Source of the DNA: Coriobacteriia bacterium
GTDB lineage: Bacteria > Actinomycetota > Coriobacteriia > Anaerosomatales > SLCP01
Assembly (NCBI GenBank): GCA_014859265.1
Contig: JACUUN010000002.1
Span: 472 to 64,471, forward strand
Length of the DNA: 64,000 nt
Direction: 5' to 3'
In this document: positions 45,092 through 54,974 of the stretch, one piece after another
How the letters are laid out: the number at the start of each line of letters is the position of its first letter
Position numbering within the stretch: the stretch's first letter is position 1
Translations under genes and position numbers: made by a program
Notes under the pieces: model-generated
Seen by the model: only the letters and a program-made list of their open reading frames with translations
Databases searched by the model: none
Told to the model about the DNA's origin: nothing

Positions 45092-46084
45092 GTGGGGCGG
45101 GCTCGCATCGACATCCGGACGATTGTGCCGCTCGCGCTGCTTGCGGTGCTGGTCTTCGGGGTACCCTTGCTGAGCGCGGACCGGTACCTGCTCAAGGTGC
45201 TGACGTTCGTCGGCGTGAACGTGATCATCGTGACGGGCATGGCGCTGCTCTTCGGGTACGCGGGCCAGGTGTCCCTCGGTCACGCGGCGTTCTACGGCAT
45301 CGGGGCGTACACCTCGGCATACGTGGTGACGTCGCTTGGCTGGCCGTGGCTTGCCGGAGTGGCAGCGGCGATCGTGCTCACCTCAGTCGGCGGGCTACTA
45401 CTCGCGCTGCCGAGCCTGCGGCTCAAGGGGCACTACCTCGCCATGGCCACACTCGGATTCGGCGAAATCATGAGGGTCGTGTTCGTCGAGGCTCGCGGTC
45501 TCACGGGCGGACCGGATGGCTTTTCGGGTATCCCGTTCCCGTCGCTGGTGGGCATCTCGATCGATTCCGCCGGCGGCAACTACTGGCTCATCTGGGGTGT
45601 CGTGACGGTCGTGCTCGCGTTCTCTGCGAATCTGGTGCGCTCGCGCGTCGGTCGGGCGATGAGGGCCCTGCACGGCTCTGAATCCGGCGCACTCGCATGC
45701 GGTATCGATCTCACTGGCTTGAAGGTGCGGGTGTTCGTCATCTCCGCAGCGCTGGCAGGCCTCGCCGGCGCGCTCTACGCGCATGTAGTCGGATTCATCT
45801 CACCGTCTACTTTCTCATTGCATGTCTCTGTGCTACTCGTGGCGATGGCGGTTCTGGGAGGCACGAGGTCGCTTGCAGGCCCCGTGCTCGCCGCGATTCT
45901 ACTAACTACGATCCCGTTCGCCGACGCTGTGATCCCGGGCCTGTCGCGCTCGGCGCTCGAGACGATCCAGGAGTGGCAGGAGGACGTCTACGGACTCACG
46001 ATCATCGCGGTTATGATCTTCGTCCCCGGAGGACTCGCCGGTGCGCTGCGGCGAATCTCCGCGCTGGGGAGGAGGGCCGGATGA
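45092..46084 (+). CDS. livM: branched-chain amino acid-type ABC permease
   Basis: LFGYAGQVSLGHAAFYGIGAYT motif. 330 aa, polytopic. Confidence 0.88.
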   Translation: MGRARIDIRTIVPLALLAVLVFGVPLLSADRYLLKVLTFVGVNVIIVTGMALLFGYAGQVSLGHAAFYGIGAYTSAYVVTSLGWPWLAGVAAAIVLTSVGGLLLALPSLRLKGHYLAMATLGFGEIMRVVFVEARGLTGGPDGFSGIPFPSLVGISIDSAGGNYWLIWGVVTVVLAFSANLVRSRVGRAMRALHGSESGALACGIDLTGLKVRVFVISAALAGLAGALYAHVVGFISPSTFSLHVSVLLVAMAVLGGTRSLAGPVLAAILLTTIPFADAVIPGLSRSALETIQEWQEDVYGLTIIAVMIFVPGGLAGALRRISALGRRAG

Positions 46085-46854
46085 GCCTGCTGCAGGTACG
46101 CTCGGTGACCAAGCGGTTCGGAGGTCTGACCGCGGTCGACGATGTCTCATTCGACGTGCACGAAGGCGCGATTAAGGCGGTCATAGGGCCGAACGGTGCT
46201 GGCAAGTCGACGCTCTTCAACGTCTTAACCTCCTTCGATCGCCCGGATGAGGGCAGCGTCACCTTCGATGCGGCCGACATCATCGGGTGGCCACCACAGC
46301 GGATCGTGCGCTCCGGCATCGCTCGCACTTTCCAGAACACCCAGTTGTTCGAGGAGATGAGCGCTCTGGAGAACGTGATGGCGGGTGCACACGCGGTGAC
46401 GAAGGCGGGGTTCTTCTCTGCTGCGCTGCGTCTACCGTGGACGGTGCGCGAGGAGCGGGATGTCGCCGAGGAGGCCGGAAGACTGCTCCGGCTCGTGGGG
46501 CTCGGCGACTGGGCCGATTCGTACGCGGCCGACCTGCCACACGGGCTGCGCCGTTTGCTCGAGATTGCCCGGGCGCTCGCCACCATGCCGCGCCTGCTGC
46601 TTGTCGACGAACCGGCGGCGGGCCTCAACACGGCCGAGACGGCTGCGCTTGCCGATGCACTCTACCGCATACGTGACAGGGGCGTCACCATACTCATCGT
46701 CGAGCATGACATGGGGCTTGTGATGGAGGTTTCGGATGAGATCGTGGTTCTCGACCGCGGCATGAAGATCGCTGAGGGACCGCCCCGGCTCATCCAGAAG
46801 GATCCCGCTGTCATCGCCGCCTACCTCGGAGAGGAGGACGTCGATGAGCTATGA
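46081..46854 (+). CDS. livG: branched-chain amino acid-type ABC ATPase
   Basis: Start trimmed to ATG 46081, overlapping the livM stop. GPNGAGKST, LLLVDEPAAGL. Confidence 0.9.
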   Translation: MSLLQVRSVTKRFGGLTAVDDVSFDVHEGAIKAVIGPNGAGKSTLFNVLTSFDRPDEGSVTFDAADIIGWPPQRIVRSGIARTFQNTQLFEEMSALENVMAGAHAVTKAGFFSAALRLPWTVREERDVAEEAGRLLRLVGLGDWADSYAADLPHGLRRLLEIARALATMPRLLLVDEPAAGLNTAETAALADALYRIRDRGVTILIVEHDMGLVMEVSDEIVVLDRGMKIAEGPPRLIQKDPAVIAAYLGEEDVDEL

Positions 46855-47590
46855 GCCGAGGATCGTGCTGTCGGTCGAGGGGGTACATGCGGGCTATGGT
46901 CACGTCTCTGTGGTCCGCGGCATCGACCTGCGCGTGGCAGAAGGGGAGCTCGTCACGCTGATTGGAGCGAACGGTGCCGGGAAGTCCACACTGCTCAAGA
47001 CGATTGTCGGGCTGGTGTCGCCAACCGCCGGGACCATTCACTTCTTGGAACAGGATATCACCCGGATGCGGCCCGACAGGGCCGTGAGGGCCGGCCTTGC
47101 TCTCGTTCCCGAGGGGCGCATGTTATTCGGGCCGATGACGGTCGAGGAGAACCTCGAGCTCGGAGCTCACGCGAGGGACCGTTCGGATAGCGCGGAGGAT
47201 CTGAAGAGGGTGTTCGATCTCTTCCCGGTGTTGCAGGAGCGTCGCTCCCAGACGGCCGCGACGCTCTCAGGGGGAGAGCAGCAGATGCTCGCCGTCGCCC
47301 GCGCTCTCATGGCCCGCCCGCGCTTGCTCCTGCTCGATGAGCCCTCTCTGGGCCTTGCGCCAAAGGTCATCAAGGAGATCTTCGCTGCACTCGACAGGCT
47401 CAAGGCTGAAGGACTTACGATACTGCTGGTCGAGCAGGACGCGCGGCTCGCGCTCAAGCACGCCGATCGCGGATACGTGATGCGGACCGGGTCGATCGCC
47501 CTTGCGGGCAACGCCGCCGACCTGCTTGCCGATGACGATGTCAGGCTCATCTACCTCGGGGCCTGGCACGGGGAAGGGGAGAGCTCGTGA
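46844..47590 (+). CDS. livF: branched-chain amino acid-type ABC ATPase
   Basis: GANGAGKST, LSGGEQQMLAVARAL, LLLLDEPSLGL. Confidence 0.9.
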   Translation: MSYEPRIVLSVEGVHAGYGHVSVVRGIDLRVAEGELVTLIGANGAGKSTLLKTIVGLVSPTAGTIHFLEQDITRMRPDRAVRAGLALVPEGRMLFGPMTVEENLELGAHARDRSDSAEDLKRVFDLFPVLQERRSQTAATLSGGEQQMLAVARALMARPRLLLLDEPSLGLAPKVIKEIFAALDRLKAEGLTILLVEQDARLALKHADRGYVMRTGSIALAGNAADLLADDDVRLIYLGAWHGEGESS

Positions 47591-48900
47591 TCTGGAACCC
47601 CGAGTACGAGAGCATCGAACGGACCGACCTGGAGGAGCTGCAGCTCAGACGTTTGCAGTCTACGGTGGCCTGGGTGTACGAGCGGGTGCCCTACTATCAC
47701 GCCGCCCTCGATGAGCGCGGCGTGAAGCCGAGAGACATACGCTCTCTCGGCGATGTATCCCGCCTTCCGTTCACCGACAAGAGTGCACTTCGGGACACCT
47801 ACCCCTTCGGACTGTTCGCCGTGCCCATCGACCAGGTGGTCCGCATCCACTCCTCATCGGGGACGACCGGAAAGCCAATCGTGGTCGGCTACACGAAGGG
47901 CGACATCACGACGTGGACCGAGCTCACGGCGCGCGTCGCGTCGGCTGCGGGCGTGGTCAGCACCGACTTGGCGCAGATGGCGTTCGGCTACGGGATGTTC
48001 ACGGGTGGATTCGGGATGCACTACGGTCTCGAACGCGTTGGGGCCACCGTCATCCCTGCGAGCGCCGGCAACACGGAGCGTCACCTCATAATGATGGCAG
48101 ACTTCGGCACGACCGTGCTCGTGTCCACGCCCTCATACGCGCTCTACATGGCCGAGGTCGGCGAGGAACTCGGCGTGAACTTCCAGAAACTCCCACTCCG
48201 GCTCGGCCTCTTCGGAGCAGAGCCGTGCACCGAAGCAGCGCGCCGGGAGATCGAGGCGAAGCTCCACATCAGAGCGACCGACAACTACGGGCTGTCCGAG
48301 GTCATGGGCCCCGGGGTCTCAGGGGAGTGTGAGTATGCCTGCGGGCTCCATATCAACGAGGATCACTTCCTGGTAGAGGTTGTGGACCCCCTGACCGGCG
48401 AGCCGCGTGCCGAGGGGGAGGAAGGGGAGCTCGTCATCACCCCGCTCACGAAGGAAGCATTCCCGGTCCTGCGCTACCGCACCCACGATCTCACCGTCAT
48501 CGACCGGACGCCGTGCGAGTGCGGTCGTACGCTTGCACGCATGAGCAACGTGCGTCAGCGGACGGACGATATGCTCATCATCCGAGGCGTCAACGTGTTC
48601 CCGAGCCAGGTCGAGGACGTGCTCTTCAAGATCGAGAGCGTCAGGCCGCACTACCTGATCGTGGTCGACCGCAAGCACGGGTTGGACGACATCGAGGTCC
48701 GTCTCGAAGTCGCCGAAGAGGTGTTTTCGGATATCATGGCTGATATGGTGGCGTTCACCCGTCACGTTTCGGAGCGGCTGCACTCGGTCTTGGGGCTTAA
48801 CGTCAAGGTAACCCTCGTAGAGCCCGGGACAATCGAGCGGACCGCCGGCAAAGCGCAGCGCGTGCTTGATCTTCGGGAGAACGGCTGCTCGGACGTTTAA
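47587..48900 (+). CDS. paaK: phenylacetate-CoA ligase family (PaaK-type), second copy
   Basis: MIWNPEYESIERTDLEELQLRRLQ, SSGTTGKP. GTG 47587 overlaps the livF stop. Paralog of 25406..26710. Confidence 0.85.
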   Translation: MIWNPEYESIERTDLEELQLRRLQSTVAWVYERVPYYHAALDERGVKPRDIRSLGDVSRLPFTDKSALRDTYPFGLFAVPIDQVVRIHSSSGTTGKPIVVGYTKGDITTWTELTARVASAAGVVSTDLAQMAFGYGMFTGGFGMHYGLERVGATVIPASAGNTERHLIMMADFGTTVLVSTPSYALYMAEVGEELGVNFQKLPLRLGLFGAEPCTEAARREIEAKLHIRATDNYGLSEVMGPGVSGECEYACGLHINEDHFLVEVVDPLTGEPRAEGEEGELVITPLTKEAFPVLRYRTHDLTVIDRTPCECGRTLARMSNVRQRTDDMLIIRGVNVFPSQVEDVLFKIESVRPHYLIVVDRKHGLDDIEVRLEVAEEVFSDIMADMVAFTRHVSERLHSVLGLNVKVTLVEPGTIERTAGKAQRVLDLRENGCSDV

Positions 48901-48929
48901 GAACAGCGCGCTGAGGAGGTGTGTGCATC

Positions 48930-49490
48930 ATGGACCTCGCATCCGTCCCGTCGTGGGCGTGGTGGATCGCGGCTGGTCTTGCTGCACTTCTTCTCTTCGC
49001 AGGTGGATACTTCGGCGGCCGCCTCGCATATCGACGCATCTCGCGCCGGTATCTTATCCAGATCATCGGCCGTCGAGAGGGGGTGCTTGCATCGCGACGT
49101 ACTCTCGAAGCCGTTGTCAGGCACCTCGCGGATGAAGACGATGAGAAGTTCGAGCACTTTGCCGCGCACCCCGAGGACGAGGATCGTAAGGCCTTAAGTG
49201 AGGTTGCCAGGCGCATGGAGATTGCGACCGATGAACTCGACACCATGTCGCTACCGCGCTCTCTGCGGCCGGCTGCCGCTACACTGGCAGACGCTGCGTA
49301 CATCATCGGTGAAGAGGCCGGCAGGGTAGGGGAGACGGCAGACCCCGATGCGGTGTTCTCGTCACTGGCCAACGTCAATATCACCCGCGTGGTCGAGGCC
49401 TTCGAGGCTGCTGATGCTAAGGTCACAGAGGCGTCCGAGCGCTTCGAGCTCGATGAGGCTGCTGTCTACGGTGGAGGGCTGTACATATGA
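48930..49490 (+). CDS. hypothetical membrane-anchored protein
   Basis: ATG 48930. N-terminal TM helix (WAWWIAAGLAALLLFAGGYFGG), then an acidic helical domain. No motif recognised. Confidence 0.5.
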   Translation: MDLASVPSWAWWIAAGLAALLLFAGGYFGGRLAYRRISRRYLIQIIGRREGVLASRRTLEAVVRHLADEDDEKFEHFAAHPEDEDRKALSEVARRMEIATDELDTMSLPRSLRPAAATLADAAYIIGEEAGRVGETADPDAVFSSLANVNITRVVEAFEAADAKVTEASERFELDEAAVYGGGLYI

Positions 49491-49900
49491 GTGGTGTGGG
49501 TCGCATCGCGCGCGCCGCACTCGGCGTCGTCGTTCTGCTCGCACTCGTATTCCTCGTGAACGGTTGGTGGAGCGATTACCGTCGGGGTGAGGCTCCCGTA
49601 GTGCCTGTTGCTGAGACGACGCCGACACCCGATGGCGCAGCTGCCGAGGATTCTGCCGCGCCGCCGGCGGAGTCCGCCGACGAGCCCCCGGTTGTCACGA
49701 GCGCGACAGTAGTCGTGCTGATTGAGGGTCTCAATTTCCGCAAGGAGCCGTCGCGCGAGGGGGGGCTCATCCGTGGGCTTGGGCGCGGGACCCGCCTCCA
49801 GCACCTCGGGACGAGTGACGGGTGGCATCACGTCAGGGATGACAACGGCGTCGAAGGCTACGTGTCCGCCAGTCCGCAATACACCGAAGTGCAGCAGTGA
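49487..49900 (+). CDS. membrane-anchored SH3b-like domain protein
   Basis: TM helix, Pro/Ala/Glu-rich linker, and C-terminal LNFRKEPSREGGLIRGLGRGTRLQHLGTSDGWHHVRDDNGVEGYV (bacterial SH3-like pattern). Start overlaps the upstream stop. Confidence 0.6.
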   Translation: MSGVGRIARAALGVVVLLALVFLVNGWWSDYRRGEAPVVPVAETTPTPDGAAAEDSAAPPAESADEPPVVTSATVVVLIEGLNFRKEPSREGGLIRGLGRGTRLQHLGTSDGWHHVRDDNGVEGYVSASPQYTEVQQ

Positions 49901-49932
49901 ATTCCTGTCATGAAAGGCGTGCGTGATCACCT

Positions 49933-50238
49933 GTGGGCAGGATTATCGGGGCAGCATCAGAGTTCTATCGGCTCCGCTTGACGCGCTACGACGCGACCGA
50001 CGAGCCTGACTTCCAGTGGCGTGACGACATCCTGTACCGCTCTCCGCCGTCTGAGCGCCTGGAGGAACGTGAGGAATGGGCTGTCGAGGCCGTCACGCTG
50101 GACGAGCGTGAAACCGTGTGCGAGCTGGCGCGCTTTGCCGATCCCGATGAAGCTCGCGAGTTCCTGGACGCTGCCGAGGAGGACTTGCTGGACCTTACCA
50201 AGTCCGGCTTCGAGGAGCGCTACCTGAGCGGGTCCTAG
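49933..50238 (+). CDS. hypothetical acidic protein
   Basis: 101-aa ORF with a GTG start. No recognised motif. Its coding status rests only on ORF length and position. Confidence 0.4.
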   Translation: MGRIIGAASEFYRLRLTRYDATDEPDFQWRDDILYRSPPSERLEEREEWAVEAVTLDERETVCELARFADPDEAREFLDAAEEDLLDLTKSGFEERYLSGS

Positions 50239-50432
50239 CCGCAGTCCGGACGCGGTACCCCTCGCGGTTTCGATACCACTTCCACACGACGAGAGCTCTC
50301 ACCAGGCAGGGTAGAGCACGTCCGGTGCTTCCTAATCGCGACTTACCATAAGATACATTATCAGCGTTACGGGTATGAGGCACGAGAGAGCCAGAGAGGG
50401 CTCATCGACGAAGACGTTCTTATGTAAACCTA

Positions 50433-50897
50433 TCACTCCTCGGCGAAGAGGGGTCCGAGGTACGTAGCCTGGTAGGAGTCGCCCACCTCTATCGCCTGAG
50501 CGAGTTGGGCAGCGATTGGGGGGCGCAGGTCGAGAGAGTCGAGGTCAGAGGGGTCCACGAGATCAAGACCTTCGATACGCTCGTCGACAGATGCAGCGGT
50601 GAGTTGCCCGCCGGTGACCGCCGCACTGAATGTGATGTTCACCAGGTGACGTGTGCCGGACGGGTCGACGGTGTCATTCAGCAACAACGGACGGCCGACG
50701 TCGGCGATTAGCCCGGTCTCCTCGGCGATCTCCCGGATGAGCGCATCGCGAAGGGTCTCTCCCCTTTCGACGCCTCCACCGGGCAGCAGATGGTATCTAC
50801 GACCGTCTTTGAGGTGCCTCACGAGAAGGACCTTCCCATTGATGATCAGCAGTGCGGCGACCCGTACACGCGGGTGATTACACCCCGGTGCTGCCAA
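50433..50897 (-). CDS. NUDIX hydrolase
   Basis: Nudix box [24 protein letters not shown]. Start trimmed to TTG 50897, preceded by GGGGAGGG with a 5-nt spacer. It overlaps the dut stop by 20 nt. Confidence 0.8.
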   Translation of the reverse strand: MAAPGCNHPRVRVAALLIINGKVLLVRHLKDGRRYHLLPGGGVERGETLRDALIREIAEETGLIADVGRPLLLNDTVDPSGTRHLVNITFSAAVTGGQLTAASVDERIEGLDLVDPSDLDSLDLRPPIAAQLAQAIEVGDSYQATYLGPLFAEE

Positions 50898-51309
50898 AGC
50901 CGCCCTCCCCTCTTGTCGTCTGGTCGAGGGTTTCGACCTCGACGAGTTCGACGCGGGCAACGGGCTGGATGACAAGCTGGGCTATCTTGTCACCCCGGGC
51001 GATGGTGATGGGCGTTTCGGGGTCGAGGTTGATGGCAATGACCTTGATCTCGCCCCGGTAGTGACTGTCGATGAGGCCGGGGGTGTTGACCAGCGTGAGG
51101 CCGTGGCGAACGGCCAGGCCGCTGCGCGGCTGGACGAAACCCGCATAGCCCTCCGGGATGGCAACCGCGATGCCTGTCGGCACGAGGCTCCTGCGAAACG
51201 GCTCAAGCGTGACCGAATCAGCCGCATAGAGATCCAGGCCAGCGTCACCCGCGTGAGCATAGGCCGGTAGAGGTAGCCCGGTGTCGGTGCGTCTGATCTC
51301 GAGGCGCAC
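50878..51309 (-). CDS. dut: dUTP diphosphatase
   Basis: [29 protein letters not shown]. Start trimmed to GTG 51309 (VRLEIRR), 8 nt after the nrdG stop. Confidence 0.9.
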   Translation of the reverse strand: MRLEIRRTDTGLPLPAYAHAGDAGLDLYAADSVTLEPFRRSLVPTGIAVAIPEGYAGFVQPRSGLAVRHGLTLVNTPGLIDSHYRGEIKVIAINLDPETPITIARGDKIAQLVIQPVARVELVEVETLDQTTRGEGGFGSTGV

Positions 51310-51317
51310 GAGGCCGC

Positions 51318-52037
51318 TCAAACCCCTCTCGTTGTCGTGGGAAGGTAACTGGTGCAAGCCGCGGCAGCAGAGGTGATCTCCTCGGGAGAGGCAGGTGTGA
51401 CGCTGACTGCGGCCGGATCCAGCGTGCGCTCTGGCCGGAACTGCTGCAGCACGTAGAGATCGCCCCCTGCCACGAGCTTCGCAAGCTCAGGTAGTTCGGC
51501 CGTCGCGATCAGGGGCGGATACACGGTGGTGCGAAACTCGTGCGCGACGCCCGACGCTAGAACGATCTCGATGCTCGCCAGAAAGGCCTCATCCGCATCG
51601 GGTGGCCCGATCCGGTCGTAGCGATCGGGCAGGGTCTTGATGTCGAGAGCGACGTACTCGACCAGTCCCGCTTCAAGGACGTGTCCCAGCAGCTGCGGGG
51701 ATGTCCCATTCGTATCGAGTTTCACAGGTATACCCCTGGCGGCAAAGATCTCGAGGATATCGATCAGGTCGGGAGCCGCAGTGGGCTCGCCGCCGGTCAC
51801 CACTACGCCGTCGAGCCACCCACGGCGGAGCGAGAGATGTGAGAGCAGTCCCGCCCAGGAGTCCGGAACGGGTTGGGCATCGAGCAGGTCAGGATTGTGG
51901 CAATAGGGACAGCGCATGGGGCAGCCCGCGAGGAAGAGGGTCGAGGCCACCTTCCCGGGCCAGTCAATCATGCCGGTGGGGATGAAGCCGACGACACGGC
52001 TAGAGGGACACGCTTCGAGCTCGTAGGCGGAGATCAT
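51318..52037 (-). CDS. nrdG: anaerobic ribonucleoside-triphosphate reductase activating protein (radical SAM)
   Basis: Start trimmed to ATG 52037. CxxxCxxC as [15 protein letters not shown] motif. Confidence 0.88.
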   Translation of the reverse strand: MISAYELEACPSSRVVGFIPTGMIDWPGKVASTLFLAGCPMRCPYCHNPDLLDAQPVPDSWAGLLSHLSLRRGWLDGVVVTGGEPTAAPDLIDILEIFAARGIPVKLDTNGTSPQLLGHVLEAGLVEYVALDIKTLPDRYDRIGPPDADEAFLASIEIVLASGVAHEFRTTVYPPLIATAELPELAKLVAGGDLYVLQQFRPERTLDPAAVSVTPASPEEITSAAAACTSYLPTTTRGV

Positions 52038-52057
52038 GGTGGTAGCCGGGCCCAGTG

Positions 52058-52303
52058 TCACTGCGCGAGCACCTCCATGAGCGCCACACGTTCGGGGGGT
52101 TCTCCGCGCCATCCTGCGATCTCCCGGCCGTGTATGTCTATCACCAGTACGGTAGGTGTGGCGAGAACGCCGTAGAACGAGGCCTCGGCTAGCCCGTCGA
52201 CGCTGGTCACATCGAAGACCTCGACGGTATCGAGCCCTTCGCAGACTCTCTTTGCTGCGGGGCAGCGAGGGCAGTGGTCTTTGACGAACAACTTGATGTT
52301 CAA
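52058..52303 (-). CDS. small thioredoxin-fold/glutaredoxin-like protein (CPRC)
   Basis: TTG 52303 preceded by GAGGAGGAG. MNIKLFVKDHCPRCPAAK redox motif. 81 aa, between nrdD and nrdG. Confidence 0.7.
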   Translation of the reverse strand: MNIKLFVKDHCPRCPAAKRVCEGLDTVEVFDVTSVDGLAEASFYGVLATPTVLVIDIHGREIAGWRGEPPERVALMEVLAQ

Positions 52304-52352
52304 CGCTCCTCCTCGTCGATTCTCTGGTCAGACCATATCTCGAAGTCCGACA

Positions 52353-54470
52353 TCAGCCGTGCTCGAGTCCGGTCCGCACCCGGTCGTAGAGCTCGCCCAC
52401 TTTGCTGTGGTTCCACGTTTGGATCTTGCTGAAGTAGCCGACGATACGGGTGACGCCGTAGACGTCCATCGAACCGCAGAGTGAGCATTGCATCTTCAGC
52501 CCGCGAGTTGTTCGCTGACATGACTCGCATACGGTGAACTCGGGGCTGAAGGCGATCTGGGAACACTGGGTGTTGCGGAAGGTGCGCTCGACGAAGGACC
52601 TGATTGCGGCGGGGTCGGGTTCGTTCTCGCCGAGCCACACATGGACGATGGCGCCGGCCTCGATGAGCGGGTGGAAGCGAGACTGCTTCTCGACCCGGTC
52701 AATGTAGTCCACGTCAGCCTCAACGGACAGGTGGACGGAGTTGGTGTAGTAGTAGGTGTCACCTGTAGGGTCGCCCTTCACGACGGAGGCCGTCTGGGTC
52801 GGCCAGTACTTCGTGTCGAGTCTGGCGAGGCGGTAGCCGGCAGACTCAGCCGGGCTCTCCTCGAGCACCATGTTGATGCCGTGGCGCTCGGAGAGCTCGC
52901 GACACTTCAAGTTCATTGCCGAGATAACCTTCAGGCCGAAGCGAAGCGCCTCGTCGGATTCATGGAGCTGCTCACCGGTATGGAACTGCACGAGCTCGTT
53001 CAGTCCGATGAGCCCGGCGAGGTACGTGAGACGGTTCATCTTCAGGTACGGTTGGCCGTCGATATCCTGGGTAAGCAGGCCGAGGGGCCCCTCGTCGCCC
53101 AGCTCCACCAGGCCGCGGATGAACTCGAGCTTCTGAAGATGCGCCTTTGCGACGAGCTCGAGCGCCCGGTTGACTTCCATGAAGAGCGCCTGGTCGTTGC
53201 CGCTCGCTTTGTAGGCGATCCTCGGAAGGTTGATGGTCACGTTCTGAAGCGCCGAGAATCGCATGATTTCGGGAGTGGAAGTCTCATTGAGCTGCTCGTG
53301 GCTCAACTTAAGCTTGAGCCTACAGCACTGCGAAACCGTGACCTCGTCCCCGCGATCGAAGACGAAGTAGGTGATTCCCTGGTGGCTGGCGACCGCGCAC
53401 GCGAGGTCGAAGAACTCCTCGTGGCCGGAGCTGGCGAAGAAGTCCTCACTGATGTGCAGCAGCGGCTTGGGGAAGACGAAGGTCTTGCCGGTCGCATCTC
53501 CGCGCATATAGACGTGCATCATCGCGGTGAGGAACCGCTGCGCCTCACTCTCGTACTCCTTGTAGGTCTTGCCTGTATAGGTTCCGCCCGGGCCGATCGC
53601 CGGGGTGTCGGCGAAGTGGCGTGGAACGTTGTAGTAGAGGTTGAAATCCGTAAAGACGACCTGGCTGCCACGGGCCCCGGCGAGCTGGTTGAACTCGAAT
53701 ATGAGCATCTGTGCGAGCTGGTCCATCTCTTCGTCGCTCTTGCCTTCGAGGTAGGGCGCGAGAAAGATGTTCACTGCCTCCCAGCCCACAGCGCCCGCGT
53801 AGTGCGCCTGAAGGGCACTCGCCATCTTGACCATGTGGCCGATGAGGACCTCGGCATGCCTGGCCGGCTTCGAGACGCTCGTGATGTTAGGAAGGTTGAG
53901 GCCGAACTTCTTGATGTACTCGAGGCTGTGGCCCCCACAGTAAGGCCGGATGATGAAGCCGAGGTCGTGAAGGTGGATGTCGCCCACGTAGTGGGCTTCG
54001 GCGACGTCCTCGGTGAAGACCCGGCGGAGTGCGAACTCCTTGAGGATGGTCTCCGCGATCGTGAGGTTTACTGACTCTGGGTTGTGCGTAGTATTCGAGT
54101 TCTCCTTGCTGGCATTCGTGATGATCTGCTCTACGTCCCACATCGGCAAGCCGAGGTGGCTGTGACGCCTGTGTGCGAGGGTCATGCCCCTCTCGAGCAG
54201 CTCGAGATCGACCATCTCGCGGATGATTGCAGTGGTAACGGTCATGAGGTTCGTGCGGTCGATCCGGTCTTCAACCGCCAAGGCGATCTCCGCTGCCACG
54301 TGGGACGCTATGCCAGCCTCTTTGACGAGCGAGTTAGAGATGCGGGTCCGGTCCCAGGAGTCAATCTCCTGACGGGAGTTCGTCGAAACGAGGAGTGCGA
54401 TGTCTGTGGCGTTAGCACCCGATTCGGATGCTGCAGGCTTGATGACGTTGACGATACGTTCCATGACCAT
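52353..54470 (-). CDS. nrdD: anaerobic (class III) ribonucleoside-triphosphate reductase
   Basis: N-terminal ATP-cone-like region. C-terminal Zn ribbon (CESCQ...CSLCG) and glycyl-radical motif RIVGYFS. 705 aa. Confidence 0.93.
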   Translation of the reverse strand: MVMERIVNVIKPAASESGANATDIALLVSTNSRQEIDSWDRTRISNSLVKEAGIASHVAAEIALAVEDRIDRTNLMTVTTAIIREMVDLELLERGMTLAHRRHSHLGLPMWDVEQIITNASKENSNTTHNPESVNLTIAETILKEFALRRVFTEDVAEAHYVGDIHLHDLGFIIRPYCGGHSLEYIKKFGLNLPNITSVSKPARHAEVLIGHMVKMASALQAHYAGAVGWEAVNIFLAPYLEGKSDEEMDQLAQMLIFEFNQLAGARGSQVVFTDFNLYYNVPRHFADTPAIGPGGTYTGKTYKEYESEAQRFLTAMMHVYMRGDATGKTFVFPKPLLHISEDFFASSGHEEFFDLACAVASHQGITYFVFDRGDEVTVSQCCRLKLKLSHEQLNETSTPEIMRFSALQNVTINLPRIAYKASGNDQALFMEVNRALELVAKAHLQKLEFIRGLVELGDEGPLGLLTQDIDGQPYLKMNRLTYLAGLIGLNELVQFHTGEQLHESDEALRFGLKVISAMNLKCRELSERHGINMVLEESPAESAGYRLARLDTKYWPTQTASVVKGDPTGDTYYYTNSVHLSVEADVDYIDRVEKQSRFHPLIEAGAIVHVWLGENEPDPAAIRSFVERTFRNTQCSQIAFSPEFTVCESCQRTTRGLKMQCSLCGSMDVYGVTRIVGYFSKIQTWNHSKVGELYDRVRTGLEHG

Positions 54471-54519
54471 AGTGTTCTCCCACCCTCACTCATTCCGCAC
54501 GTGCGGAACCAACCCCAAT

Positions 54520-54969
54520 TCAGCGTTTCAGGCCGCGCAACTCCGAGGTGAACTCGTCCACGTCTTCGAAGGACTTGTAGACGGATGCGAAGCGCACGTA
54601 GGCGACCTTGTCGAGGCGTTTCAGGCGCTCGAGGACCATGTCACCGAGCACCTTCGAATCAATCTCGTAGCGGAACTCGTTGTGCAGTTCCGACTCGATA
54701 TCATCGATGAGGCTCTCGAGCTGCTCGGTGGAAACATCGCGTTTCGCGGTGGCGACGATTAGACCTCGGAGGAGTTTGCCGCGCTCGAACGGCTCGGTCG
54801 AACCATCACGTTTGGATACCATGAGCGGCATCTCCTCGCGCCGCTCGTAAGTGGTGAAACGCTTCTCGCACGCGAGACACTCGCGCCGTCGCCGAATAGC
54901 ATCTTGGGACTCAGATACACGCGAGTCGACGACCTTGGTCTCACCGTGACCGCAGAACGGACACCGCAT
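54520..54969 (-). CDS. nrdR: transcriptional repressor NrdR
   Basis: [17 protein letters not shown]...[12 protein letters not shown] zinc ribbon plus ATP-cone. 149 aa. Confidence 0.93.
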   Translation of the reverse strand: MRCPFCGHGETKVVDSRVSESQDAIRRRRECLACEKRFTTYERREEMPLMVSKRDGSTEPFERGKLLRGLIVATAKRDVSTEQLESLIDDIESELHNEFRYEIDSKVLGDMVLERLKRLDKVAYVRFASVYKSFEDVDEFTSELRGLKR

Positions 54970-54974
54970 CGTCT

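Noticed and set aside
45697-46080. Long N-terminal extensions in the ORF track, e.g. livG from 45697, the ABC ATPase from 3661, GMPP from 18758, hflX to 57871, rubrerythrin to 6372, and the AMMECR1 fusion to 62328.
   Set aside because: The extensions overlap upstream genes, are Arg-rich, and precede internal starts that have a Shine-Dalgarno sequence and the canonical family N-terminus. The coordinates were trimmed accordingly.
50239-50432. AT-rich convergent intergenic region, examined for an sRNA or small gene.
   Set aside because: It contains only weak 5-bp hairpins (AGCAC/GTGCT, GAGCC/GGCTC). The 62-aa - strand ORF (50195..50383) has non-protein-like composition, and there is no promoter-terminator pair I can support.
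50878-50975. NUDIX frame open for 98 nt inside dut with no ATG, which suggested a +1 frameshift Dut-NUDIX fusion.
   Set aside because: An in-frame TTG at 50897 is preceded by GGGGAGGG with a 5-nt spacer. It gives a normal-length NUDIX N-terminus, so ordinary translational coupling explains the overlap.
52641-54074. 477-aa + strand ORF antisense to nrdD.
   Set aside because: It is fully contained in the confidently identified nrdD gene. The translation is a Val/Glu/Leu/Asp/Arg-rich mirror of the nrdD codons with no motif.
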